NCBI RefSeq assembly: GCF_009914755.1
Contig: NC_060925.1
Strand: one strand, 5' to 3'
From: the human T2T-CHM13v2.0 reference genome, Homo sapiens
Length of the DNA stretch: 64,000 nt
In this document: in pieces, positions 1 through 25,560 of the stretch
Numbering within the stretch: the stretch's first letter is position 1
Layout of the letters: the number at the start of each line of letters is the position of its first letter
Notes under the pieces: generated by a model
Told to the model about the DNA's origin: nothing
The model's input: only the letters and a program-made list of their open reading frames with translations
The model's database searches: none
Made by a program: the position numbers and the translations under genes

Positions 1-263
<263 letters not shown>

Positions 264-459
264 TGAGAGCTTTCTTATTTTCTGGAGCAGACAGAAACTG
301 TGTGCTTCCCTTTTTCTGTTATATACGTTGCAAAAAGATGACCATTTGGCATTTTCCTTTTTACTTGGCTTATGGCGTTTCCTAACACTCACAATATTCT
401 GGTTTTATATTGTATCTTTATCAATGTTTTAATTTAATATTTCTTGGTTTTAGTCATAA

Positions 460-823
<364 letters not shown>

Positions 824-1654
824 TCACCCTTTTTTGTTAAAGGCATGTTAGGTAGGTAAGTATTCACTTCTTGCTTACGTGACAATTTTTGCCAGGTCCA
901 TTAATATTTATTTCATTATTTTTGGCTCTACTCAAGCTGTGGAAATTTTGCTCTCATCTTCGTAAATTATCTCTTTTTTTCTCTGATTTTTAGTGTTTTC
1001 CTTCTCTTTGGTGTTATGCACCTTGACTATTATTTAAGTAATTTTTTTTGACACATTGCATTTCTGAATTCAAGGATTTATGTCTGATGTTCAATTTTAA
1101 AAACTTATAAATCACCGACTCTTTGAGTACTTACTTGAATTATTTTAATATAGTCTAGAAAAACAATTAGATTTGTTTTATTCTCTCTCATTTCACTTCT
1201 ATGTTTAATTATATTTGTATTTTATATTTTTTCTCCTTCTACTATTTTTATTTTGCTCAATATACCAGTTAAGTAATGTTCTCATCAGCTCAGAATAACT
1301 TAACATTTAACCCATATGTTGTATATTAAGCATATTAATTACATTTTCAATTATTTACTTCATATTTAGCTCTTTTCCAAATATGGCTTGTCAAGCGGAG
1401 AGTTTCTTGTTCTTTGCACACTATTATATTTTTTCTGTTTCCCTCATTGTATTGAAAAACATTTTAAATGTAAGTTCTATAACTGTAACATAAGTTGTAA
1501 TTCGGATCTCCCTTACGGGCGCAATCACTTTTGAAATGTCTGCCGTCAGCTTATGTGTTTTTCCATTTGCTTTATGGCAATGGGAAATCTACATGGATGT
1601 GGTATATGTGTGATCACCAATATATAAAAGAAACGCTTCCTTTTTTTTTCTTGC

Positions 1655-2080
1655 ATTTTTTAATTATACTTTAAGTTCTGGGGTACATGTGCAGAACATG
1701 CAGTTTTGTTACATAGGTATACACGTGCCATGGTGGTTTGCTGCACCCATCAACCCATCATCTACATTAGGTATTTATTTCTCCTGATGCTATCCCTCCC
1801 CTAGCCCCCATCCCCCAACAGGCTCTGGTGTGTAATGTTCCCCTCCCTGCATCCATGTGTTCTCACTGTTCAACTCCCACCTATGAGTGAGAACATGTGG
1901 TTCTTGGTTTTCTGTTCTTGTGTTAGTTTGCTGAGAATGATGGTTTCCAGCTTCATCCATGTCCCTGCAAAGGACACGAACTCATCTTTTTTATGGTTGC
2001 ATAGTATTCCTTCGTGCATATGTACCACATTTTCTTTATCCACTCTATCATTGATGGGCATTTGGGTTGGTTCCAAGTCT
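1655..2080 (-). mobile_element. L1PA 3' end fragment
   Basis: ttatactttaagttctggggtacatgtgcagaac... antisense L1 3' UTR; ORF 1870..2085 resembles the L1 3' end (FAGTWMKLETIILSKL). Confidence 0.9.
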
Positions 2081-2259
2081 AACATTACAACAGAATACTA
2101 CTCAGAGATACAAAGGAACAAAAACAACTGAAGAGCATGCCCTAGATGAGCCTCATGAATGTGCTGAGTGAGACAGCTGGACATAATATCTTTTGTATGA
2201 TTACAGGCAAAGTAAACCTATAGTAAGAAAAAAGAAAAATTAAAAAATCAGGACAGAGA

Positions 2260-4215
<1,956 letters not shown>

Positions 4216-4221
4216 TTAAAA

Positions 4222-4630
4222 ATTTTTAAGTTCCAGGATACATGTGCAGGATGTGTAGGTTTGTCACATGGGTAAATGTGTGCCATGGTGATTTGCTGCA
4301 CCTGTCAACTCATCACCTAGGTATTAAGCCCAGCATGCATTAGCTCTTTTCCCTAATGCTCTCCTTCCCTGAATCCCACCTCCTGACAGCCCCCAGTGTG
4401 TGCTGTTCCCCTCCCTATATCCATGTGTTTTCATCATTCAGCCCCAATTTATAAGTGAGATCATGCAGCATTTGGTTTTCTGTTCCTGCGTTAGTTTGCT
4501 GAGGATAATGGCTTCCAGCTTTATCCACGTCCCTGCAAAGGACATGATCTCGTTCCTTTTTATGGCTGCGTAGTATTCCATCGTGTATATGTACCATATT
4601 TTTCTTTATTCAGTCTATCATTGATGGGCA
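4222..4630 (-). mobile_element. L1PA 3' end fragment
   Basis: ttttaagttccaggatacatgtgcagg... antisense L1 3' UTR; abuts the end of FGFR3 homology. Confidence 0.85.
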
Positions 4631-10450
<5,820 letters not shown>

Positions 10451-10674
10451 GGAGGACAACTGTTACCTGTGTCTTTATGTTCTCCTGCTGCTGTCACTCT
10501 GTGCTTCTCATCTCCTTGTGGTAGGATTCAGGGCAGACTCTCTGAACACCTTGTGGGAAATAGCAGAGTCCAGCAGGGAAGAGAGAAGCCCAGCTGCAAA
10601 GGTGAAAAAATGGCAGGTGTGACAAGGACCCCCATTCAGATTTAAATGAGGTCCTCATTTAATCTCTGTTCTGA

Positions 10675-11603
<929 letters not shown>

Positions 11604-11850
11604 ACTATGCCCCACCTCTACTCAAGGTGATAAGCAAGCCTGGGTGCCTCCTCTTTTGGTGCCAGCAGAAAAAGCAAACTACTACACAAGGCTCTTCTTC
11701 AGTACATGCATATACAAACTCTCACCCTGGCCCCAAACCATAACAAAAACCTAAGCTATTCTCCTTTTCTTACGCTCTCAGGCCACTTTTCGCCTGTTTG
11801 AGAGTCCTGCCCTGCTCTCCCCAAAGACCTCAATTATGGACTTGTGGCTG
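11604..11850 (+). mobile_element. ERVL-class LTR fragment (MER74-like)
   Basis: Recalled similarity: ctcaccctggcccc...aaaaacctaagc...cctgccctgctctcccc. Confidence 0.45.
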
Positions 11851-12199
11851 GGGGCCACCTGCCTCTGCAGATGACCATAACAGCTGTAGAAAGGTAAAAT
11901 GGTGTAAACATTGCAATATATGTTATTTTCAATTGACAAATCCTGCAAATCTTTTCATATCAATAAATGCTGCCCCTCATTTTTAAGTGTGTATGATGAG
12001 GCCATTTATCCAATATTTTCTAAATAGGTACTTGAATTATTTCTAATCTTTTGCTATTACAACTGTGAATTAAAACTCACACTGTCAATTCAGAGAACAA
12101 TTGTTCCTTTCCACTTTTATGGTGCTTTAAATATATTAAAAATGAAAAAATATACACATACACACAACACAAAGCACACACGCACACATACACATGTAA

Positions 12200-12488
12200 A
12201 AGATAGGGTTTCGCTCTATCACCCAGGCTGAAGTGCAGTGGCATGATCATATCTCACTGCAGCCTTAAATTCTTAGGCTCAAGCAATCCTCCTGCCTCAG
12301 CCTCCTCATGAGTAGCTAGGAGTGTAAGTGCGTACCACTACGTCTGGCTAATTTTTAAAATTTTTTGTAGAGACAGTGTCTCTATTTTGCCCGGGCTAGG
12401 CTGTAACACTTGGCTCCAAGCACCAAGCAATCCTTCTGCCTAGGACTCCCAAAGTGGTGGGATTATAAGCATGAACCATGTGTCCAGT
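12200..12488 (-). mobile_element. AluJ-like
   Basis: Diverged antisense Alu. Confidence 0.8.
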
Positions 12489-12813
12489 CTGAAAATAAAA
12501 ATATATAATATCAAAACTTCTGGAATGCAGTGAAAGTATTGCTTAGAAATTTACAACGTTGAATGCATACATTACAAACAAATAAAATTATACACCCAAT
12601 GATGTAATTTTCTACTTTAGGTCACTAAAGAAAAAAGAACAAATTCAGTCGAAAGAAATAAAAACAACAAGATGACAAGTCAATGGCACTGAAAATAGAA
12701 AATCAACAGAAGAACTCAATAGAACAATAGCTGTTTCTTCATAAAGATCAACAAAATTGATAACTATCAAGCAAGGCTAATAAAAAGAAAAAAAGAAATC
12801 ACACAAATTACTA

Positions 12814-14657
<1,844 letters not shown>

Positions 14658-15601
14658 TAATATAAGAATTAAAAGAGACCTTTATATTAGAGATCCCATG
14701 GATGATAAAAGAATAAAGAATATTACAATCTCCATAACCCACAAACTTGGTAACTTAGACCAACTGGATGAATAAAAGACACAATCTATTAATACTAAAA
14801 CACAGGAAAAATAGGTAATCTAAATATATTTATATCTATTAATAAAATGGAATCAATACCTAATAACCTTCTGAAGAACTTATATATTCCAAAAATCTGA
14901 CATTCTGTCATATTTTTCTAACTGGTGGGATTCAGGGGTTTCCATTTTGACGAGAACATAGGTGGGTCGCACACAATTTTAGTACTCATTGGTCAGGAAA
15001 CCCATGTCCACTATAGGATATTGCAGAGCGGTGCATTATGGAGAATTTAGGCAACATAATATGGTTTTCAGAGTTAAAGGAAGACCACCTGTCTTATGTA
15101 CAGTAATTCGTCATAATATCCTAGGGGATACCACATTTAAACTTCGGGGTATCCCTAGGTATATTCTTTGAGCCACATGTGAATTTCAGACACGGAGGCT
15201 TCTCAATTTTGGTGCCTTTCAACAAATGTTGAAGTTAATTCCCAACCTATTTTGTGGAGGCATAAAATTCAATGAGCACTCATTTAACCTTTTATTTTAA
15301 ATATTATTTTAGTAAACTTTGTATTTCCAATTAGGTGAAATTTTAAACCCGTTTCAGTTTTTATCCACTCTTTTTAGGCGGAGGGGAGTAAGGGTTGCTT
15401 TCAGCTAGGAGGGACTCCCACGTACCCAACCCATTTGTGTAAATTTCTTCCTTCAGAGTTCTTCAAATCAGCATCACCATTGTTAAAGGCCTCCCACATG
15501 GTAATAATTGTGCTACAGAGTTTTAAGAACATTAAGTTTATGTCTGGCTGAATTAACCTCTTTGCTGTGGCACAAGGGGGCCATAGGTGTTTTCACCAAT
15601 T

Positions 15602-16058
15602 ATGAAGCGGGTTCACTGTGCAATGACTACCGACTTTTCTGAGAACGAGATCAAACACATTCACACATAAAACCCATGAAGTGAATTTACTACTTACAAA
15701 TAGGAAACAAAAGACAACAGAAGTCTAGGATTCGATATGAACTGCTACCACAAGATCAGGAAAGTATCCAGAGCAGATGGATGGAGCCTTGACTGCAGGT
15801 GCTTCACTTGCACTACAACTGAGTGACCCCAGAAAGCAGCCCACCTTGGGTTTTATATCCCAGGATGTGATTTGCTGGAGCGTTGAGGACCATTCTGTTT
15901 CAAGCAGGGACTATAACAGAGCCTGGGTTGTTCTGGCCAATGTCAACTGATTATCAGGATATTGCATTCTCAGCATATTGTACAGTTATCGTGAGAACTA
16001 CCAGTAAGAAAGGGGGGAAAACTGTGTCAGTCTGAGACTACCTGGAAAACTGCCCTGC
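15602..16058 (-). mobile_element. ERVL-class LTR (MER54-like)
   Basis: Minus strand tataaaacccaaggtgggctgctttctggggtc...cttctgttgtc...gtgaacccgcttca resembles recalled MER54. Confidence 0.55.
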
Positions 16059-17903
16059 ACCCTGAAAACTGAAGGATCAGGATATTTGTTGTGACAGAGG
16101 CACAGACAGTAGCGATAGAGTGTTCTTGTGAGCCATCTACTAGTTTTCTCGACCGAAGCATGGCACCTGACTGCTTTTCTCTTTCCTTACAATGGAAACT
16201 GTTTCAGAATATTTTGAGTTTCTGCGTATATAGAGTTGCGGCACATGATCACTGGAAGTGTAGACTATCTGCATGGTCAAAGGAAAGAGTTCAGGAGCCC
16301 ATCAACCCACATTAGAGGAAACCACCTAATCCTCCAGAGAGTGCCACTCAGTCTTCCTGGGGTTAGCTCCACATGCAGTAAGGCCATTACGTCGAAGGCC
16401 ATCAAGCCTTGCAGTCTGAAGATTAGACTTCTGACATGCTGATAAGCAGCAGTGATAAGAAAAGCCCACACACTGGCTAGGAATTTTTCAATGGAAGCAG
16501 CTGAGATGCTTCTTCATATGCTTTGGCAGGGGCTAATATCAAACTATTTCTTCCCATTTTCTTTACTCATCAGCGCCTGAATCATGAGGCACCACAGACG
16601 TACACCTCACGAGGAGGGTGTATGGGACAGCAGCAAGGGGAGCAGCAGCACAAGAAACAAACAAGGCCACTACTTCTGCCTGCATTAACGGTAACTACTG
16701 TCTTGGGAGTGTACAATAATTAATGTTCACGTGGCTGCCCTAAGCATACAGTGATGGTGACCAGAGCAGATGCAGTGACACAGAGATACAGCCTGATTCT
16801 TGCTAATTAGGATTTAGGTGTTGGCTTGTTTATGTGCTGTGCTTTTGGGCATTAAACTGCCTGCTAAGCACAGGCCAAATGTCATGCTGGGGTGCAATTA
16901 AACATTCACGTCTAGGAGATGAGAGCATTTTAGTGTGGGAGTAGATGACAACACCTGAAGACAACAAAACACTGTGCAGACCAAAGTGAAGGCCCATCGT
17001 CAGCTCATGGTTCTGACCCAGGTGATTTCTGATGTGTTACGGAACCAGTCAGCCGACAGCAGGTAGATAAAGTTGAGCAGGTGTCCTGCATGAGGGCTGC
17101 TCCATTCCATTTGTGTTGCCAATTGTTTCAATAGCGTCTCATGCACCCCATTGGTGAGGAAGGAATTAGCACCCTATGTCTACTGGTACCGTTAAACACA
17201 TGACATCTATTACTAAACAGATAAACTAAACATCAGTTATTAATTACATACAGGAGGATGGTGTAAGCTCCCACAGGCCCAAACAGGGATTAACTTGGGA
17301 GCAGAGAGTGGTACAGCATTAAAAAAGTGAGGATGTTCCTTTGTTCCTACAGGAGTATGTGATTGGTTTGTCTGTTGGCTGGTAGGGAACTGAATCATGT
17401 GACACTGACTGGTAAGACTGTAATACTGTAAAATACACAAACTATAATACCGTAACGGTGTAATACTATATACAATACCAAAGGCATTGATGAAAAACCC
17501 AACGCTATCACATGTGACTGTGAGACTGAATGCTTCCTCCCTCAGACTGGTTACAACATATTGTCCTATCACAGTTCTCTCTCCTTCATTCAAAGTGAAC
17601 TATGCAAATAACAGACAGAAATAATAAAGAATAAAGGGCAACAAATGCAAAGAACTCACGAGATGATACTCTATGATAAACTTTATGTACTTAGGAATTA
17701 ATACCAACTCATTATTAGCAAAAAATAAACATCTTTACACCAAGAGTAGTTTTTCCTTTAATAAAAAAAGGTGGAATGTGTATAATGGACAAGGGATAAC
17801 CAAAATTTGCCAAGTGAGGCTAGTAAGAAAATCGCAACAATTAGCAATCATTACTCACTGGTCCATTAATCACAGAACAATACATACAAATTAAACTTAC
17901 TCC

Positions 17904-18220
<317 letters not shown>

Positions 18221-18529
18221 CTACATATTAGAAAAACATCAAAATTCAACCATGAATCCAGCACATTATCAAATGAACAGACAAAAATTCTACCAACAAA
18301 CTGAAGAAAGTATCATTACTATGAAATTCAAGTACTGCTTAAAAAGCATTTACAGAACTCTCACCTCAAGGTTTTCCTGCAAAATAAAGTGAAATGCATA
18401 CTCAAGACTCTTTAAGAATGAGCCACTGATGAAAACAATATACTTGCAACTTGTGTAACATTTCATACATGTACATTTTTTTCAAGCACCGCACGATAAT
18501 TAATTTGCATCAGGCTTTCCAAATTAGAA

Positions 18530-20075
<1,546 letters not shown>

Positions 20076-21363
20076 TATATCATGACTTCTTTCATGGCGA
20101 GTAAGGTGACTGGAACGAGTGTAGGCTTTACCGCATTTCTTACATTCATAGGGTTTTTCTCCAGTATGAATTCTTTCGTGGAGGTGAAGGGAACTGAGGC
20201 GACTGAAGGCTTGATCACATTGTTTACATTCATAGGGTTTCTCTCCGGTATGAGTACTTCTATGGTTACAAAGGGAACTCAAACGACTAAAGGCTTTGCC
20301 ACATTGTTTACACTCATAGGGTCTCTCTCCAGTATGAATGCTTCCATGGTAACGAAGGGAAGTGGAACAGCTGAAGGCTTTATCACATTTGGTACATTTA
20401 TAGGGTCTTTCTCCAGTGTGAGTCCTTTCATGCGTCTTAAAAGAACAAGAAAATCTGAATGTTTTCCCACATTCCTTACATTCGTAGGGTTTCTCTCCAG
20501 TGTGAGTTCGTTCATGTATTAGACAAGAACCGGAAACAGTGAATGCTTTACCACATTGTTTACATTTATAGGGTTTTTCTCCTGTGTGAGTTCTCTGATG
20601 TCTTTCAACTGAATTGAGAAAATAAAAAGCTTTCCCACATATCGTACATTTATAAGCTGGATTTCCACTGTGCATTATCATGTGTCTTCTAACACCTGGA
20701 ACAGAAACGAAGAATTTCCCACACTGTTCACATTTATATTGCTTCTCTCCATATGGTTTGTATCCTGAGTGAGCTAGGATATGCCTATTAAGGAGGGAAT
20801 GACGTACAAAGACTTTTCCACAAATACTGCATTCACATGGTTTTAATCCAGTAGAAATGTTCTCGTTCAGATCAAGATTTGGAATTTGGCTGACAACTTC
20901 TCCATACTGACCATCTTCTTTACTTTCACACAGTCTCTGTACGATATGATTTCTGTAAAAAAATGACAAGCACATTATTATTGGTTGGTTTATTAATAAC
21001 TTTCTACTTATTAATAGGTCTTGGACTTACACTGCTACCAATATCAGGGAAAATGCATTTTTTTTTTTGCCATGACTGAATTATTTCAAAGTAAATGGGT
21101 TACTACTGAAAACACAGCTACCACCTGCATGGCTATGACCAAAATAGTAATATTCATATACACAGTTTTGTAGTACTATTTTCAAGTAAACTCTTTTGCA
21201 AACACTGACTGCTACATTGAAGTACGTTACATTTTGGGTGAAATTTTTCTAAAAATAAATAAATTTCAAGTGACTCTTATTTGTTTTGATTGCTTGTTTT
21301 TAAGTTCATGACATGCTAAGATTCCTTCAGAGGACTTTATTTCCTCTGCTCAGTGCAAATTAC

Positions 21364-21424
21364 CTTATATCTTTCCCAGGTTTTTCGAAGTGATCTTCAA
21401 TATTCTGGTCTTTCCATTGGCTTC
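21364..21424 (-). CDS. ZNF669: ZNF669 KRAB-B-type exon (61 nt)
   Basis: ag|GAAGCCAATGGAAAGACCAG...ATAAG|gta, encoding SQWKDQNIEDHFEKPGKDI in frame. Confidence 0.9.
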
Positions 21425-21557
21425 CTAAAATGCAGACCCATAAAATTATCATGAATTATTACAAACTGTAGACACATTACTAGATTTAATGTTCACTGTA
21501 CACAGTGCCCATGCCTGATTTATTCACCAAATCATTCCCTTGCCACATTCCAAATCA

Positions 21558-21746
<189 letters not shown>

Positions 21747-22984
21747 CTAGAACATTCCACACATGTGGATAGAAGGATGGGTGAGACTGACAGCACTGGG
21801 AATCTATACTCAATTCATAAGCTGTTTACATGATTTGATAATTTCCAAGCATTTATTCTATGACTTGATTGTCACAACTCTTACTCTGTTCACACATACT
21901 CCCTCCCACACAGCAGTACTAATGCTAGAATTGAACTATTCAAAAAGGCAACAGCAAAGTGGAAATACCCATCTCATTAGAGAATCCAGGGAGTAAGATG
22001 TGCTGCTAGGTTACCTCTTAATTTCACTTCGTACATTTCTAGTATCTGCCATAATAAAGTCCTACCTGATGTGCATAAGTGAGTTAATAATATCAGTCCT
22101 AAGACTACTTATTCTTAAAAATGCCTGCTCACAAAGTTCAATCTTTGTTTGTATTAGTAACTTACATTTTGAAAGGGATTCCACCAACCTAAGTAATAAG
22201 AATGACTCACTGCATCTAAATGGTTTATGCAATATAGTTGCCAAAACTTTTTCTGCTAAAGGTCTATTATTTTGTGTCACTGCAGTGGTGCTTAGGGAAC
22301 CAGACACCAAAACACAGTCTGAACACTAAGTGTTTAATGAGTTTCCCTGGTAGACAATATTTTATATGTGCTGTCACTTGTTAATTGGGGAGTTGAGCCC
22401 ATTCCATGTGATTACACCAAGAGAGAATAGGCTTATTAAATTTAATTGAGTAGTAAATAAAACCAATAATTGATATTTAACAATTTACTAATACAATTTT
22501 TAAATTTCTATTGCACAATGTCAAGGCAGAATGGAATAAGAGGAAATATGGCACATGTTTTTTAAAATGACATTAATGTCACCACTTCCAGATGCTATTC
22601 CTGTGAAATCACATAAATTCCCAAATCAGGCTTTTTTAGGCAAGAAAAACTAGTTTTTCATACCTAGTAAAAATGACAAATGTCTAATGATTTTCAGTCA
22701 TCTAAAAAAAGAGTTATGTCTTGCCTAACATACTTTTAAGATTTTCAACCAAAAATATTCAGGACAGCACAGTATTAGCAGAGAGATGAGCAAGCAGACC
22801 AAGGGCTGAGGACACAACACCCTGTAAAGTTTTCACAGGGGGACATCAACCTAAAGACATTTTGGTAATATGCACACTTAGGAAAGATGAAGAGAGGCAC
22901 AAAGATTTTTTTACAGTAGAGTGTCAGATGGTTTATTCTCCGCTTTCCTCTCATGTAAAATGTTTGTAAACAGAAAAATATTTT

Positions 22985-23293
22985 GGCCGAGCGCGGTGGC
23001 TCACGCCTGTAATCTCAGCGCTTTAGGAGGCCGAGACGGGCGGATCACTTAAGGTCAGGAGTTCGAGACCAACCTAGCCAACATGGCGAAACCCTGTCTC
23101 TACCAAAAATACAAAAATTAGCTGGGCGTGGTGGCGGGCGCCTGTAATCCCAACTACTCGGGAGGCTGAGGCAGGAGAATCGCTTGAACCCGGGAGTCAG
23201 AGGTTGCAATGAGTGAGACTGCATCATTGCACTCCAGCCTGGCGACAGGGCGAGATTCCGTCTCCAAAAAAAAAAAAAAAAAAAAAAAAAAAA
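22985..23293 (+). mobile_element. AluS
   Basis: Alu consensus plus long polyA. Confidence 0.9.
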
Positions 23294-23479
23294 GAATATG
23301 GTTTGCTTCCTCATTAACCTTATCAAAGCCTCTCATTTACGCCCCTTCTGTGGACCCCAAACCACAAACCATGACTGCGGTACCTGGTTTATGAATCGCC
23401 GTTTGCTCAAACACACGGTTTAACGTTTTAACAAAGCCTCGGCTTAATTTTAGGGGAAGAAAGGTGGGACTGGAAGCCC

Positions 23480-24220
23480 CATGAACCACAGCTCCTCCCA
23501 TGCTGGAACCCCGCACACCGAGACACCGAGTCGGGGCTCTCCCGCATCACCCTCCCGTGGTCACCACACTACCTGGATAGGGGAGGCGAGGGGTTCCCGA
23601 CAGGGCTCCGGCCGGCGGAAGTGGCGCCCGCAGGTACAGACAGGATGCAGGGGTTCCGCTGCCCGCCCCGCCCGGCCCGGCCCTGAACAGAAGAGGACTG
23701 AGCCCCGGCTACGCCACGGCGACTCGGTCCGCAGGTTCCGGAGCCGATGGCGTGGAGGCCCGAGTCGCGCCACAGCAGGTTTCAACCAGCCCTCTTCTCC
23801 ACTTCGGGAAGCCAGGCGCAGTCCACTCACCATTCCTCGGCTTCCCGGGTGTCCTGGCGTCAGCTAGGGATGTCCCAATACTCGCAGGTCACAGGGTGGC
23901 AGAGGCTGCTGCAGAGCCACCTGGGCCTCCCAGAGCCAAGAACTAGCAGCGGAGACTAACAGGAAGAGCCGGCTCCGGCGAAGGAGAGACAAAGCAACCG
24001 CCAGGCAGATCCCGGAAGCCGCCCTCTCCTTTCCGGCGGCGCGCCTGATTGAACGGTCCCCACCCCAGCGCCCCTGATTGGATGGGGCTTCAGGCCCCGC
24101 CCCTCAGGCCCTGAGTGACAGGAGATTGCGATCTCACGTGAGGCTGGATGAGGTCAGAATGACCGCTTTTGGCCTAGCGGTTTGTAGGCGGTGCGTCCTT
24201 CCTGCGCTGGGATCCGACCA
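23480..24220 (-). promoter_or_regulatory. ZNF669 CpG-island promoter
   Basis: CpG-rich; GC box ~24095, CCAAT (minus) ~24077, ETS-like ccggaag ~24012, E-box tcacgtga 24134. Confidence 0.85.
23573..23833 (-). CDS. ZNF669: ZNF669 first coding exon (87 codons, long form); alternative donor directly after the ATG
   Basis: MVSGLRLASRSGEEG...PLASPIQ|gtagtg, phase 0 into KRAB-A; ATG|gtgagt also present. Confidence 0.85.
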
Positions 24221-24322
24221 TGCAAGAAGGACATTCACATTTAACCTGTATACAAGTTATAGCTATTTGTGCCTTTTATATATATATATATATATAAAAT
24301 TGGAAGCAATATAATGACAGTT

Positions 24323-24555
24323 CTGTAACTGCCCAGGGAGTTCACCTTGCCCGCTACCTAGACAGAGCCGATTTCTCAAGACAGGGGAATAGCAATAGAG
24401 AAAGAGTAATTCACGCAGTGTCCTCTGTGCGGGAGACCGGAGTTTTTTTATTTTATTTTATTTTTTTGAAACAGAATCTTGCTCTGTCTCCCAGGCTGGA
24501 GTGCAGGCTTGGAGTTTTATGATTATTCAAATCAGTCTCCCTGAGCATTTGGGGT
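24323..24555 (-). mobile_element. LTR8-like fragment with small Alu piece
   Basis: tgtaactgccc...ttcaccttgcccgctacctagacagagccgattt. Confidence 0.6.
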
Positions 24556-24559
24556 AAGA

Positions 24560-25560
24560 GTATTTAGAACGTTTATTTTGCCAAGGTTGGGGATGCATAT
24601 GCATGACACAGCCTCAGGATGTCCTTGATGACATGTGCCCAAGGTGGTCAGAGCACAGCTTGGTTTTGTTGGAGAGAAATGCTCGGTGCCGCAAAGTGAA
24701 ACCAGCACTCAAGCGAAAGTTTTCTCAGCAACGCAATTTACTTCTGCAGAAGCGTGCTGCTCGCATCAATCACGATCGCAAGAGCACACTGAACAGAGGA
24801 AAGCAGGGGTTTTTATTCCTAACGCAGTCCCTACCTCTGGCATGGGCTGGGGTCAGACCGCACGATCTAAACTGACCCGGTTGGCTATTTGTGAATATTT
24901 TCCCAAATAAGGAAGGGGGAAGGGGGATGTGAGTTACAATGGTGGGACTTGCGGTTTCCAAGGGAGAAATGGGTGCAGAGCAGGTAACCAAGGGAACAGA
25001 TGTGAGTTATTGATTAGAACTGACGGAAGGTTGTTTACAGTAACTAAGGGCAAGGAGGCATGGAGAACAAGAAAGTTGAGTTCGAAAACAAAAAAACAAG
25101 AAAGTTAACATGCCAAACCTTGGAAGAGAAACTGACTGTATCTGACAGCTTTATACATTTTAGGGAAACAGGAGACATCAATCAACATATGTAAGATGAA
25201 CACTGGTTTGATCCGGGACAACCTGAAGCAAAAGCGGGTCAACTCGAAGCCAGGAGGGGGCTTCCAGGTCACAGGTAGGTGAGAGACAAACGGTTGCATT
25301 CTTTTGAGTTTCTGATTAGCCTTTCCAAAGGAGGCAATAAGATATGCATTCATCTCAGTGAGCAGGGGATGACTCTGAATAGAATGGGAGGCAGGTTTGC
25401 CCTAAGCAGTTCCCAGATTGACTTTCCCCTTTAGCTTAGTGATCTGGGGGGCTCAAAACATTTTCCTTTCCAATTTCCCCCTTTTCTTTTAAAAATATTT
25501 TGGAGAAAGCATTTTAGAAGAAAATCAGTCTCTGGTCCCAGGTTTTGTCCAATCTCTCAT
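24560..25560 (-). mobile_element. MER4A-like LTR plus short internal piece, interrupted by another LTR
   Basis: tttattttgccaaggtt...gacatgtgcccaaggtggtc...ttgcattcttttgagtttctgattagc. Confidence 0.7.
24667..25147 (-). mobile_element. Solo LTR (LTR10-family-like) nested in MER4A
   Basis: TG...CA ends; ggttt/gcttt flanks; MER4A resumes after it. Confidence 0.6.

Noticed and set aside
16200-16480. Env immunosuppressive-domain-like peptide on the minus strand
   Set aside because: Resemblance too weak to call without an HMM search
20082-20522. 146-aa plus-strand ORF
   Set aside because: Antisense shadow of the zinc-finger repeat
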